A stretch of 64,000 bases of DNA from Phaeosaccion multiseriatum (lineage: Eukaryota; Protista; Ochrophyta, other classes). Below the pieces are notes generated by a model. The model was not told the origin of the DNA, made no database searches, and worked only from the letters and a program-made list of their open reading frames with translations. The translations under genes were made by a program, and so were the position numbers. The stretch covers positions 1,674,001 to 1,738,000 of the forward strand of contig OZ218956.1 in assembly GCA_965112735.1 (NCBI GenBank), in the 5' to 3' direction. Shown here piece after piece: positions 41,201-54,372 of this stretch (position 1 is the stretch's first letter; every line of letters starts with the position of its first letter).

Positions 41201-44200
41201 TGGACCGTATTCATATGGACCCAACGTCATCGTCACCCAAGGGTGGGCCTTGCTTGCGTGTGCTGTCGGAGGCCTTGCAAGTCCCTGCCAATCGGCGGAG
41301 TGAGGAGCTGTGGTTGTTGTACTTGCACATGCTACCCAAGCGGAGCTCATCTCGCACTGCGCTGCTCGAGCAGGTGAGGCGAGGCGAGCGACTTGTTCGG
41401 CACAGGAGTAGGGGGGGGATGGGGGGGGGGGGGGGTCCGCTCATACTCAGAGAGGACTCGAACGGACGACGCAGGAAGGATTAGGGTTGGGTAGGACAAA
41501 GGAAAGAGTGGGATGGAGGGGGGGGGTCAGGGGGGGTCAGCGTGAAGGACCTTGGATGGTCTAGTCTTTGGAAGATAAGGCAGCGTTGGAAGGCCTGCGT
41601 CTGGTTTCTTTGCTACGCTTGCTATGCTTCCGTCCACACACATCCTCCGACCACCACACGGCAGGGAGGTGGTTGAGGGAAGAGACCTCCTGCTCCTCCT
41701 CCTCCTCCTCCTCCTCCTCCTCCTCCTCCTCCTCCGTCCTCCTCCCTCCTTCTCCTCATCCTCCCTCTCCCTCCTTTCTCCCCCTCCTCCTCCCACTCCT
41801 CCTCCTCCTTCTTCTTATTCTTCTCATCCTCCTCCTCGTTATCCCCCTCCTCCTCCTCCTTCCCCTCCTCTTCCTTCCCCTCCTCCTCCTTCTCATCCCC
41901 TCCTCCCCTCTCCCCCTCATCCTCCTCCTTCCCCAGCTGAACATGGCCCTCCAAGCAACACGGCAAGTCCCTTTCTCTCCCCGTGTGTGGAGCATCTGGA
42001 GGGGAGCACGCAGGGCCTACAAGCTCGGGGAGGTGGCGAGTGCGGCAAAAGAGGAGGGGCAAGAGCATGGGCAAGGGCAGGGGCAGGGGCAGGGACGGCA
42101 GCACGCTGTATGTATGTCGGTGGAAGGTGCTGCTTTCGACGAGTTCGAACAGTCTCTCGCGTGCTGTGTAGCAGCCGCAGGAGCAGTAGGAGTAGCACGA
42201 GAAGCTGGAGCAGCAGAAGATGCAGGGGAAGAAGCAACAACAATGGCAGCAAAGTGTGAGGGGAACGACGTGACAGATCAGGCTCACAATGGCTTCACTA
42301 GAAACGACAGCAGAAGGCAATTGTCGGACGGGGCCGCAGCTGCGCGCATGGGGGCGTTTCTGCTGCTGCAGAGGGCGGATACCCTTGTGAAAGGGGGCTA
42401 CCCTCAATGGCCTCTGAGAGAACTTGTTCTTTCTCTTGTGCTCGCTTCGTACCAGCAGGGGGCGGACGTCGCAGTAGCAGAAGGTTCTGGGAACACTCCT
42501 AGCAGCGGCACTTTACCGCCACCTCCCCGGCCTGCGCTTTGGGCGATGGCAGATGCGGCGCTTCGGAAAGTCGGAATCGGCCTGGACCCAAGCAATGCCC
42601 AAGGCATCGACACTGCCGAGCGCCAGGTCGATATTCCTGCTCTTTCGAAGCTCTTGGAGAACGCCCCTGCTGCTGTTGGCTGGTGGCTGCGGGCTGTGCT
42701 TTGGCATGCTGCTATTCACCTTCTCGCCACTCGCCACCCTCTGCCGGGCCGTACCCACGCCCTCTTCTTCGGTCATTGTGAGGGGGGGGAGGGGGGGGAG
42801 GAGGAGGGTGAGGAGAAGCATCAGCATCATCCCTCTGCGGCAGAGCTACTGGAGTCGCTGAGGTATGAGTGCTGTCTACGCACGTTATTTGGGTGTGTGG
42901 GGTAAAGAAGAAGGGGCGGGGTGGCGGGGCTGGCGTGGGGTGTTTGCTTCGCTGTCTCGTCCATTGGTGAAGCGCCTTAGCATAGCGTGCAATAGAGCTT
43001 TGGTCGCTCCCCTCCTTGCTCTCTATTAGTAGCCGCTTGGCATGTGTCACTATTCTCATTTCTGAATGCTGTTGGTCCAATGTATCGCGGGCTGCGCGGG
43101 GCGGGATTCTGTGTGTTTTCGGTGATGGTGGCGTGTGTTGTGTGTGTGTGTGTGTGTGCATACATCCACAGATGGAAGGAGGGAAGGCTTCCAACAGAGC
43201 TGCTCCACAGGCGCGGCAGCAGCGCCGGTCGAGGGGCAGTACTAGCGGCTGTGCGCGGCCTGTTTCGCTGCGCACTGATGGATCTCGGCCTGTGGATGGA
43301 GAGGGGGCAAGACACCGGAGGGGAACGAGCGAGTCGGCGTGGGGGGGGGGAGGTCACAGCGGATCGTGGTGCTGCTGCTCATGACGGTGATGATGATGCT
43401 GATGAAGATGAAGAAAGGGATGATGATGCTGCTGCTGCTGCTGCTGATGATGATGATAGCGGCACCTCGCACTGCGGCGCTTCGCTGTGGCTGGACCCGG
43501 AATGCTGTGCTGCTTTGGAAGTGGACCACTGCGATGTTGCCACCACGGTGGAGGCTGCAGAGGCTATTCGGGCGGTGTGGGGGGGTGACGCGACAGAACC
43601 AGACGGGCAAACGAAGGAGCAGAAGGGAAAGGATGGTGGACGTGGAGGAGGAGGAGGAGGAGGAGGAGGAGGAGGAGGAGGAGGAGGAGGAGGAGGAGGA
43701 GGAGGAGGAGGAGGAGGAGGGGGGGGGGGGAGTAGGCGTCTTGACTGCTCGATGAGCAACCACAGCGCGTGTTTGCCGCTGGCGCTGAACTGGATGGTGC
43801 TCGAGGCGGACATGGCGGATGGTTCTACCACTGCCGTCACTGACATTGTGGCTGGACATGGGCGGGGCGGCAGATGGACAGGTGTTGAGGGAGGCGATAA
43901 GGAGGAGAAGTATGACAAGTATGCCGCTTTTTACGGGCTAGGGGTGCGTGTCCTGCGCCTCACGAGGGGCCACCCGCTGGTGCTTGAACTTCTCTTGCGG
44001 CGCTCTCCGGTGAGGCTCGTCATGGAGGGGCTGTTCCTGCTGGGAACGGCTCGACAAGGGCAACAACACGAGCAAGAGCAAGAGCGAGAACAAGAACGAG
44101 AGCAAAGAGAAGGAGAAGAAGGAGGAGAAGACAAGGGGGAGACAAAAGCGAATGCTCTCCAGAGGCGGAGTGACGAGAAGCTTGCGGCGATGGGCGCGGA

Positions 44201-45781
44201 GAAGGGGAGTGGGGCGGTGCTGATGAGACCACGAGTGCTTAGAATGGCGCGGCAGAGTACCAGTACCAGCCGCAGCAGAGGAGGAGGAGGGGGGGGAGGG
44301 GGTGGCAATGTGGAGCGCAGCGGCGGTGAGGAGCCGCGAATGATGGAGCGAAACCGGGGGAGCGTTTCGGGGGTGGCACAAGTATCACCAATGGCGGAAC
44401 AAGCATCACCAATGTCGGAGCTCACGCAGACTTCACCACTCCACTCTCTAAAGCCCTCCCTCCCCCCCAGGCTGAGACGTGCTCTCATCGGCCGAGACTG
44501 TGAGGCCTTTTTCGCCGTGCTGCAGTGCGCGCGTGCCTTGTCTCGTGGTACCAGTAGCAGCTTGTCCAGTTGGTTGTTCAGCCACGCCACCAGAGCCAAC
44601 TGTGATCCAGCAAGAGGCGATAACAACAGCAGCCGCAGCACCAGTACCAGCACCAGCAGAGGCGCTGACAATCAGGGAGGAGCAGGCAGAGTGAAGGCGG
44701 TGGATGGCAAAGCCCCCCCAGCAACGGCTACGGCTGTATTGGCTGGAGTGTCTGCCCCGGCACCATCATGGACTTCACTTGTGCAGTCTCTCTTGGAGGA
44801 AGCGTGCCGGCTCTTTTGGCTGGGCCCTTCGACGGAGCGAGCGGGAGTGGGAGTGAGCAGCAGAGAAGGAGACGACCCTCGTCTCTTCGGCGAGGAGTCG
44901 TCTCTCTTCGAGACGATTCGAGGAGAACTTTTGCACTGGATCGACAGCGGAAAGCTGGACGGAAGTGGAAGTGGTGCAGGAGGTGGACGACTGGGAGAGA
45001 CAGGCGTCTTGGCGTGTATTTTCGGAGGCCTCTGCTGTTGCGTTGGCGTTGCGGAGGCATCCCGGCTACTTAGCGATGTGCATGCCTTCCGCTTTGTGCC
45101 CCTGCAGAGGCGGCGGCTGCTCTCACTCCAAGGGCTACAGGGAGAGCTCAGCCTGGGCCTGGGGGGAGCGGAGGGGAGGAGAGGAGGAGGAGGAGGAAGA
45201 GGAGGAGGAGGAGGAGGAGGAGGAGGAGGAGGAGGAGGAGGAGGAGGAGGAGGGAGAGGAGGAGGAGGAGGAGGAGGAGGAGGAGGAGAAGGAGGAGGAG
45301 GAGGAGGAGGAGGAGGAGGAGGAGGAGCCAAAGGGAGAGGCAGGGCGAGGGAGGTGCTCATCGCCGGGCTCATGGCTGAAGAGTCCGCTGCAGCTGATGT
45401 TCTTCCTGTGGCGACGACATCAACAGCAACCCCGACCTCGACGCGGTCGGCCCTGCGCAACCTTGTACGGATGGAGCTCTCCGACGGGGCCTCATTTTGC
45501 CCCTCTGCTGCGATCGCCAGCCGAGACCTCTTCTGTGCCACGCTCCTGGACATGTATCTCCGCAGCAGCAGTGGTGGTGGTCAAAGGCAGCGAAGAGTGA
45601 TGCCGGCCATCGACTGGAGTCTCGTGGACGTGGTGCAAGGGAGCTCAACTCTCTCGCACTGCCCTCTGCTGGTGGCAACGCTTGTGCGCCACATTGCTCT
45701 TCATCACTCAGGGAGGACGTCACTCCTCAGCCTGCGAGGACTCATGGCGCCTCTTGTATCTCAGCAGTACCAGCGTGAGAC

Positions 45782-45814
<33 letters not shown>

Positions 45815-47065
45815 CCAGGAGTATGGGAGTATCCACAGTCTCAGCGGCATCATCAGCTGTATCTGCAGCACCAGCACCAACGGCAGCGGAAGTGGAACCA
45901 TGGCCGCCGTGGCGTCGACTGCAGCTTGCTTAGAGGTGTGGGAGGGGTTCGAGGGCCGGGCGCAGCGTGTGTTGGAGGCGGCGGTGCGCGTGAGTCCCCT
46001 TGACGCTGCTCTGCAGAGCCGCCTTGTTGCCTTGGAGGCTTGCTTTGCTTCGGGGACAGAGGAGGCAAGCGCAACCGCCGGTAGCGAGAAGAAGGAGGGC
46101 AAGCCTGCGCCACAAACAGCAGCAGCAACAGTTGGTGATACAGCAGCAACAGCAGGGTTGAGTGCGAAGCGACTCAAGACCGAAAGCGGGCACAAGGTTG
46201 TCTTCATGGGCGCGGAGGCAGCTGCACCAGTTGGTGATACAGCGGTGGTGAGTGTAGGGAGGAGTCGTGTGGAGAAGCTGCAGGACCTTCAGAGGCGGGT
46301 GGGGACGTCTTTGGCATTGCCGTGCAGTGGGGACGATCGGCTCAGACTGGACGACGCCAGCGCTCTTGTTCAGGCGCTGAGGAGGAGGGGAGGGCAGGGG
46401 GGCGAGGGCACCATTGGTATTGTTAGCGATTGCGCCGTCAACGCAGATGCCGGTGCGAACGATGGCAACAGACGTGGCAGCAGCAGAAGCCGCGTCGAAG
46501 GGGGTGGAGGCGATTGGATTCTTCCCTCGGCTCTGTGCTTGCGCGGACGGCTGCCACAGGAAAAGCAGCAGGCACCACAGCAGCAGCTGCAGCAGCAGCA
46601 GCAGCAGCAGCAGCGGTATGACCCAGAACACCAACAGCACCAACAACAAAAACAACAAAAAACCCAACAGCAGCACCAACAACAACAACTGACTGAGGAA
46701 TCGCCAGTTGGTCTTCGCACCGTGCCCATGTCTGTCTTCCTTCTGACCGCCTTGCGCCGACTTGACGTCTCCGACAACGGCCTCGACTTCCTCCCCCGCG
46801 CGCTCGCCCTCCTGACCCACCTGATCCACCTCGACGTGTCGCGCAACCGCCTGCGATGCTTGCCGGAGGACCTGCCCGCGACTCGTCGTCGCCATTTGGG
46901 GACACGCTCAGGGCGGGGGCTGCTTTTGGATGACGGCTGCGTGCTGGGTAAGCTGAGCCGTCTGCAGGTGCTGCGTGCCAGTGAGAACCTCCTTGTTTCG
47001 TGGAGCGGGTCTAGCCCTCTTCCAGGTCCAGCTCCAGGAGGCACCAGTAGAGGCGGCACCACCAC

Positions 47066-47109
<44 letters not shown>

Positions 47110-47522
47110 GTAAGAGCGGTGAAGCGCAGATCTGGAGTAACAGCACACGTTCCAGCGCTGCTGCTGTCAAGGACGAGAAAGGAGCATCCGCAGCAGGAGG
47201 AGGAGGAGGAGGAGGAGGAGGAGGAGGAGGAGCTGTAAGCGCCTCGCCCTCAGGGGGGGGGCTGCCTCTTTCTCTGGCTCGCTGTGTGCAGCTGCATGAG
47301 GTGGACCTGTCCCACAACCTCTTGACAGAGGTCCCCGTGTGTCTCCTCCGCGGCGGGCTGAGAGAGCTCGAGGCGCTGAAGCTGCACGGCAATGCTCTGA
47401 CGACGCTGCCCATGGGAATGGAGAAGGCCTTCCCAGCGCTCAAGGTGCTAACTCTCGAGGGAAACCCGCTCTCCGGGGGGGGCGGAGGCCGCGGTGGCAA
47501 GAGCCAACAAAAACAGCATTGA
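38233..47522 (+). CDS. ZFC3H1: ZFC3H1/Red1-like zinc-finger protein with C-terminal leucine-rich repeats (~2800 aa; exons 38233-41373, 41937-42862, 43172-47522)
   Basis: N-terminal coiled coil; zf-C3H1-type CPFELDGVCNDHSCSYSH; HAT-like LRVLSEALQ...SEELWLLYL; LRRs LRRLDVSDNGL, LIHLDVSRNRL, LHEVDLSHNLL, LKLHGNAL, LTLEGNPL; both introns in phase. Confidence 0.72.
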
Positions 47523-47806
47523 GAGTCCCTGTGAATCTGGAGCACCAACGCACCTATCTAACGAATCAAAACGGTCATGTTTTTTTTATTGCAGTATGAT
47601 AAATACAAAGCGGGTGAGACAGAGTCACTCACTCACTCAATCTCGCACTAACTGCACTGACTCACTCACCCCCTCACTCACTCCGCACTTGGAAAGAAAT
47701 TTGGTACCTGCTTTGCAGAACAGGTCAGGCGCCTGCCCAGGCCACTGCCACGCCAGCCCCGAGCGAGACCTGGTACCGCCCGGGACATGTCGTCAGCGGC
47801 CTGCTG

Positions 47807-47841
<35 letters not shown>

Positions 47842-48253
47842 TGCGCTGCCCCCCCGTGCGCCTCCATCACCAAATTGACCTTGACTTGTCGTTTGACTTA
47901 CGTCCAATATACGTATGCCCCCCTCACCTCTACCCCTATCATCGTCCATCTACCCCCCCCCTTGCGCCATGCAAACATGAACACATCAAAATCGTCTGTT
48001 GCCCCTCTCCCCTCTATCGTTACATGTATTCGCCCCTCCTCCTTCCCAATGGAAAGGAAGGGCGATACTCACCACCGACCAGTGCCTCCTTGGTTTTCGC
48101 TGGTACTTCTTCTTCCTTGACCGTGGCCCTCTATTGCCGCTCCTCCTCCTCCTCTACCCGTCTGCATGCCTGCCTCTGCGACACACAGGCGCTTGTGTGC
48201 CGGTTCCGGGGCTACACGATGTTGCACTTGTGGCAGGAAGAAGGTGTGATGCG

Positions 48254-49851
48254 TCAGAAGAAAGCACTGCATATCCGGTCGCGCCGCTCCTCCTCGTCAG
48301 CGCCACCGTAGAATGATACCGCAATTGCTCCTGTCCTATGTCGTTGTTGTCGTTGTTGTCGTTGTTGATGTTGCTGCTGCTGCTGCTGCTGCTGCTCCCA
48401 CCCCAGCTTCACGTCCGCCTCGTCGTCTGCACGCTCCTTCCCCAGCCGCATGTCACTTAACCGGACAGAGGCTACATCCAATGATGGCACATGGCAGGAC
48501 TGGGTACGAAGACGTCTGCACTGCGGAGGCTGTGGGCCCCCAAGCGCCTGCTGGGTGCTGTCGATCAAGGACACATCCAGCGACAAGGCAAGGCAAGGCC
48601 TCGGCCTCGTCCTTTGCCGGCTGGTGCTTGGGAAAGTAGTAGCAGGAGTAGAAGTACTCATTGGTGGCATCAGCGAGTCATTGCTCATGGATCTTGGCCG
48701 CTGCTGCTGGATCCCGATAGCCCCGAGCCCACATTCTTGCCGACAAGAACATGAAGAAGGTGCCAAGCAGTAGGGCTCTTGTCGCCGCTTCTTACCCCCA
48801 CTGCTGCTGCTATCGTCCTCCTCGCTGCTATCGTCCTCGCCACCACTCATACTCCAGGTGCCGCCGCTATAATCTCTTTGTTCGCGGTCTTGTTCACACA
48901 TGACTCCTGTCACGCCACTGCTGGCCGGCCCCAGCAGCATTGTGAAGTCTTTTGCCGGCGAATATGGAGCAGTAAACGCGTCCAGTTCCGCGGGGGAGGG
49001 CTGTAGCACCTGAGGTGGCGAGAGTGAGGCCGTAGGTGTTGTTGGTTGAAGATTGACATGAAGGAAAGAGGGGGGGAGAAAGAGGGGGGGAGGGGGGAAA
49101 GGAATTTAATTGATGTGATGACATCATCATCAAAAAGGTATAATAATAATAATAATAAAGATTTGTCCCTCCAAAGGGATGTTGCAGAGCCAATACCGTG
49201 ATGAACGGACACCGCCGTCAGCTCAACAGGGTCTGCAGCCTAACTCCTCTCCTCCTCCTCCCCCCTCCGCTCCGCTATTGGAAGGGGGTGGACTGGGCAG
49301 TAGGGTGAGCTCAGTCAGTAGTCAATGAGGAGAATCACCGCAGTTCGAGGAAGAAGGGCAGCTCGGCCGGAAGGGTGCCGCCGGGCTCGCGCGTCTGTGC
49401 CCCCCCTTCGAGGTAAAAAGATGCCGTACTTCAACCGCTCGCTCCTTTGACCACTTCCCGCAGAAGATTCTGTGCGAAACCTCTCTTTGCCATTACTGCC
49501 AAGAACGACAGTCTTTGGTATCGCTGTCCCACATGTCGAGTGTACCACTGCATCGACGGCTCCAATGGAGGGAGGCGTGCCTCCGGAGATGGCACACCCG
49601 CAAGCGACTCGATGGAGCTGACGAGAGGGGGCGAGTGGAGGAGGCGGAGGAGGAGCCAACCGACGGCACAGCGCTCCTGTGGCAGGCGCAGGTCGCTCAG
49701 GGATGACAGGGAGGGAGGGCACAGGTGGGGGCGCCCAGAAGACACAGCCACGCCGGCTCGACGAGTACAAGTAGCTGCACGTGGGGAGGAGCCCCCGCAA
49801 CGACGTCGGGGGGGGGGGGGGGCAGCCAGTGGCACTGGAGGAGGCCCCCAT
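48254..49851 (-). CDS. Hypothetical low-complexity protein (two exons: ~49851-49339 and 49009-48254)
   Basis: Two long ORFs join in frame through a phase-0 intron, GT(49338)...CAG(49010), with a polypyrimidine tract. No recognisable domain; start uncertain. Confidence 0.45.
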
Positions 49852-50225
49852 CACACGCTTGCCCACAGCCGCTAGGAGCGGGCAGCGGCCGGAGGACGCA
49901 CTGCTGGTCACGGAGGAGGTGACTGCGCAGGAAAGGGGGTGACGACGGATCCGTCTCGAGCAATTGCAGTGGTAGTGGTGGAGGAAGAAGGGTGGACGGA
50001 ACAAGCAAGGGGAGGAGGAGAGACTCTGCGGGAGGGGAGGAGAGGCGCGGGAGAAGAGGAGACGGTGTAGGGGCGGCAGGGGCGTCACGCGCCAAAATGC
50101 ATCGGCCGAGGGGCGGCAGTGGATTCCATTCCAGCGGCATGAGGGCAGCAGCGGAATGAGCAGTGGTGGCAGGGCATGAAGAGAGGGGGAGGAAGGGGGA
50201 GAAGGCGAGTTTGATGCCTTAATAA

Positions 50226-50566
50226 GTCCTGGACACCAGACCGGGAGCGGCAGCAGCCCACAGCGAGACCCGCAAGGAGCGGCACTATGCCGGCACCTAC
50301 GGCCGAGAGCGTGTTCGCCTCACCACCTTCGCCATCGAGACCCACGCACGACTCGGCGCACAGGCGCAATCACTCCTACATGCACTCGCCGAGCACGTCG
50401 TCTCCCGCACGGGCCGCACCGGCTCCTCCACCACCAAGGGCCACGTCCTGACCAGACTTCGCCGTCTCGTCAGCTGCAGCAACCAGATGTGGCTCTCGGA
50501 GCGAGACCGCGCCTTCCTGGGTCGGCTCCTGCACTCCCCCTCCCCGACCAAGAGGGGGAGTAACCG
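50226..50566 (+). mobile_element. 5'-truncated non-LTR retrotransposon remnant (C-terminal half of a restriction-like endonuclease, CRE/R2-type)
   Basis: Open frame with no upstream start codon: PGAAAAHSETRKERHYAG...TTFAIETHARLGAQAQSLLHALA...RLVSCSNQ. It matches the RLE pattern A..E..K..(K/H)Y...(P)xxxETxGxxG...S...Q. Confidence 0.7.
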
Positions 50567-50840
50567 TCGGCCCCCCGCGGGGCTTCTCGGGCTCCGGGCT
50601 TCTGGGCCATAGCCCCCTCCAGGCTTCGGGCTTCTGGCCGCAGGCCAGCGCGGGCTTCTGCGCCGCAGGCCAGCGGTCTGGGCTTCAGGCTTCTCAGGGG
50701 GGCTCAGGGGGGCTCACGGGGGGGGGGGGAATTATGCCAGGCTTCTGGCCGCAGGCCAGCCCCGGGCTTCTTGCTTCCGGCCGCAGGCCGCCTCAGGCTT
50801 CTGCTTATCGGGGGGCCAGAGAAGCCCCGCGGGGGGCCGA
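50567..50840. mobile_element. MITE-like element C (274 bp)
   Basis: Perfect 22-bp TIR TCGGCCCCCCGCGGGGCTTCTC / GAGAAGCCCCGCGGGGGGCCGA; 6-bp TSD TAACCG at 50561-50566 and 50841-50846; internal GGCTTC(TGGCCGCAGGCC) repeats. Confidence 0.9.
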
Positions 50841-50943
50841 TAACCGTGAATAACCGGCCCAGCCTCCCCCCCCCCTAGAATATGTCAATAAAAAAATACC
50901 CAGCCCCACATCTTCCTCCGCCTTTTTTCTTTTTTCCTTTGGC

Positions 50944-52112
50944 ATGGAGGTCTCCTCGGGATCACAGGTCGGGGCGGATAAGACAGGGATCGAATCAGGG
51001 CCTGCGGGATCAGGTGCAGGAGTAGATGTGGAAGAGAGAGGGGGAGGAGGAGCAGCAGGAGCTGCGGTCGAAGCTGGGACAGGACGGGCATGGAAGAGAA
51101 GGAGAAAGAAGGAAAAAAAAAAAGAGAATCGAAAGAAGCAGCAGGGCAAGAAGGGGGTAGATCAACACAAGCGCTGCAAGTACTTTTTGCAGGAAAAGGG
51201 CAGGGTGTGCAGAATGGTTCGAAAAGAGGAACAACCCTACTGTGGGGCCCACATGCATCTGGCAGAAGAGGGGGGGGAAGACCACATTCCATGTCCGGTG
51301 GACCCTTCTCACACTGTTAGTCGGTTTATGGTTGAGCGTCATGTCCTGGTCTGTCCACGTCGTATGGAGAAAATGAAGATGGAGAGTGCGCCTTGGTACA
51401 GAAAAGGCATCAACTCTGGCAGAGGGGAGACACAGGGTCAGGGGCCGGGAAGTGAGGGAGAGGAACGAGCCAAAGTCTTCGCGCAAGGATTGGGGCCCGA
51501 CGCAAGCAGCCGGGCTTTCATGCTCTCCATTGTCAGCCGAATCAACAAAGCGTACGAGACTCACGTAGCACCACCACCACCCGCAAGAACAGGGCAAGGG
51601 GTGCGAGAGGAAGGATCGGGAGAAGGCCCAATGTACGGAGCCGGAGGAGCGTCTACTCTGGGAATAGCTCCTGGAGTGGCGCCTCCTTCCACGGGCGTAG
51701 GGTATCACCAACAGGAGCAGGAGGAGGAGGAGGAGGAGGAAGAGGAGAAGCAGGAGGATGGGAACGCGTCAGAGCAGCCGGATGGGCCCCTCTCTTCGCA
51801 TGTGGAGCAGCTCAAGCCCTCCGAGTGCGAGGGCCTGCTGGCAGACGCCAGCACCAAGAGCTTACGCCATGTGCAGCAGGTTTGTTGTTGTTGCAGTTGT
51901 TGTATATTGTTTGTTGTTGTTGTTGTTGTTGCTGTTGTTGTTGTTATTGCTTTAGTTTTTGTTGCTGTTGTTGTTGTTGTTGTTGCTGTTTTCATGTCCT
52001 TGTTGTTATTGCTGTTGTTATGTTCTTGCTGTTGTTTTCATGTCCTTGTTGTTATTGCTATTGCTGTTGCTGTTGTTGTTATTGTCGTTGTTGTTGTTGT
52101 GTTATTGCTGTA

Positions 52113-52143
<31 letters not shown>

Positions 52144-54372
52144 TTGTTGCTGTTGTTGTTGTTGTTGTCTTCATGTCCTTGTTGTTATTGCTGTTGTTAT
52201 GTTGTTGCTGTTGCTGTTTGGCAGATGCGTGTGGAGGATCGGTACTTCCCTCACTCATGGCTGCTCATGGCTGCTCATGACTGCCGTCTCTGCTCCTCTT
52301 GCCCCCTCTCACCCCCCCCCCGCATTATCCCTTCCTTGTGCAGCAAGTGAGCATTCTTGGCCACATGAATCGTCGGGGCCTCTTCCCCTCCCTCCACAGT
52401 GCACAGCCGCCCCACCCCCCCGGCGGTGCGTTAGACTTGTCTCGTGCTCTAGTCTCTCTCTTGTCCTCTCCCTCCTGCGTAGATTGTGAACACGCCGAGT
52501 GTGGGGTGTTTCTCTTGATGTGTGCTCCTTCCCCTCTTTCATCGCTGGGCCTCTATTATTCAGCCCCCCCTCCCCCCCCCAACCGCTCTCTCTTTTCTCT
52601 CTCTCTGTCCCCCTCTCCCTATCTTTCTCCCTCCATCTCTCCCTCTCTCTCTCTCTCTCCCTCTCTTGCCGGAAAGGCGGTATCTCTTACGTAGAGATGG
52701 GTGCGGGGAGAGGCAAGCTCGCTTTGGCGCTGGCTCTCACGTCCAAGAGTGAAGCAGATATTGTCCTGGTGGAGCGGAGTGGTCTAAGGAACAAGGCGGA
52801 TATACAGTTTCGTCAGCTTCAGAGCGAGGGCTTTCAAAGGTGGGAGGGGGGGAACAGCAGCAGCAGGAGGAGGAGGAGGAGTGGGAAGCTCTCGTCTTCA
52901 CACGTACGCAAGCCCTTCCTTCTGATGCTGCCCCCCACTGCTGCCTATACTTCCACTGCCCCTCATCTGGCCCGTCCCTGATATCCCCCTCTCCCCTCTC
53001 TTGACCACGACTGCCAAAGAGTGAAGACGGACATCCGCGACCTCTACTTGAGCAGCGTGCCCCTCCGGCACAGGCAGGTGGTGGCCATTGGCAAGCACGT
53101 ATGCGGCGTAGCCACGGACCTAAGTCTTAGGGCCCTTCTCAACCTCCAGCGCCACTCGTCACCAGCCGTTTCAGAATCAACTCCAGTGTGTGATGAAAAT
53201 GGTGCAGGACATGTTGGCAGTGCAAGTGCTTCTTCGGCCGGTGGGGCGGGCGCTGCGTCAGCAGAGGAGCGGCGCAAGAGGGAGGTGGGGGGCGTGGCGA
53301 TTGCAACTTGTTGTCATCAGCACTGCAACTGGTCAGACTACACAGGCAGGGTGAGTGAGTGAGTGAGTGAGTGAGTGAGCGAGGGAGGGAGGGAGAGAGG
53401 GAGGGAGTGAGGCAGTGACTCAGTGAGTGGGTGTGTGCGTGTATGAGTGCGTGCGTGTGTGCGTGTAGGAGTGCGTGCGTGCGTGCGTGCCTGCGGGGGG
53501 GCAGCAGGGAGGCAGGAGGGAGCGCGATGGAGCGGGCCCACGGGCCGATCTTTATCCCTCCTCATGCTGCCACACAGCTGGGAGACAAAACTCGCAGAAG
53601 CACTTTTGTTGCTGTTGGCGTCTCTCACTCTCTCTCCTCGTGCTCCTCTTTCTCCTCCTCCCCAACCCCCTCCGGCTCCCTCCTCTCTCCATGCTCGTCT
53701 CAGGACTTCTTAGAGCAGCAAGGCATCGATGAGTCCGACTTTGCCGTGATGAAACGCCTCACGTCGTGGGCTGTGAGCTTGGACCAAGGGGAGAGGCGTG
53801 GAGGAAATGAGGACGACGAGCACGCCGGAGCAGCAGCAGTCCAGGAGGAGGAGGAGGAGGAGGAGGATGAGAAAGATGAAGATGTGGCGAGCACTCGTGG
53901 GAAATTGGAAGCAGGGGGAAACACAGCAGTGGCAGACACATCAGCAGCAGCAGTAGAGGAAGGTGAAGATTCGGCCGCTGGCACCGGAGAGCAAGAAGAA
54001 AGCACCAAGAAGAGGGAAGGAGGAGGCGTGGAACAGGTAGAGGGAAACGGGCATGGAGAAGAACGCACAGAAAAGGGAGGGCGAGAAAGCCGCAACACCA
54101 GCACCACTGCCACAAGCAGCAGTAGGCCAAAGTCAGTACGACCAAGCACCGGATTGATGAAGTGTGCCTCTGCCGCAGGCCTCTCCAGGGCAGAGAGGAT
54201 CGAGGTGGGGCGGCGTGCCAAGCGCCTCATCGACCACGGTCGGCTGGTCTTCCTGCGGCGAGAGCTCGGCCTGGAGGGAGAGCTTGTGCACTATGTCAAC
54301 AAGAGCTCCACTTTGGAGAACTGCCTGCTCATGGCCTGGCCGGCACAGCAGCAGCAGGGCCAGGAAGGGTAG
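50944..54372 (+). CDS. TRM13: tRNA:m4X 2'-O-methyltransferase TRM13 (exons 50944-51879, 52344-52425, 52677-52839, 53020-53350, 53704-54372)
   Basis: CCCH finger CKYFLQEKGRVC...YCGAH, CPVDPSHTV...HVLVCP, RHVQQQVSILGHM, YVEMGAGRGKL, GKHVCGVATDLSLR, IATCCH, KRLIDHGR, LENCLL. Confidence 0.95.
51880..52220. repeat. (GTT)n intronic microsatellite with three embedded TTCATGTCCTTGTTGTTATTGCT units
   Basis: Units near 51991, 52037 and 52170. Confidence 0.9.
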
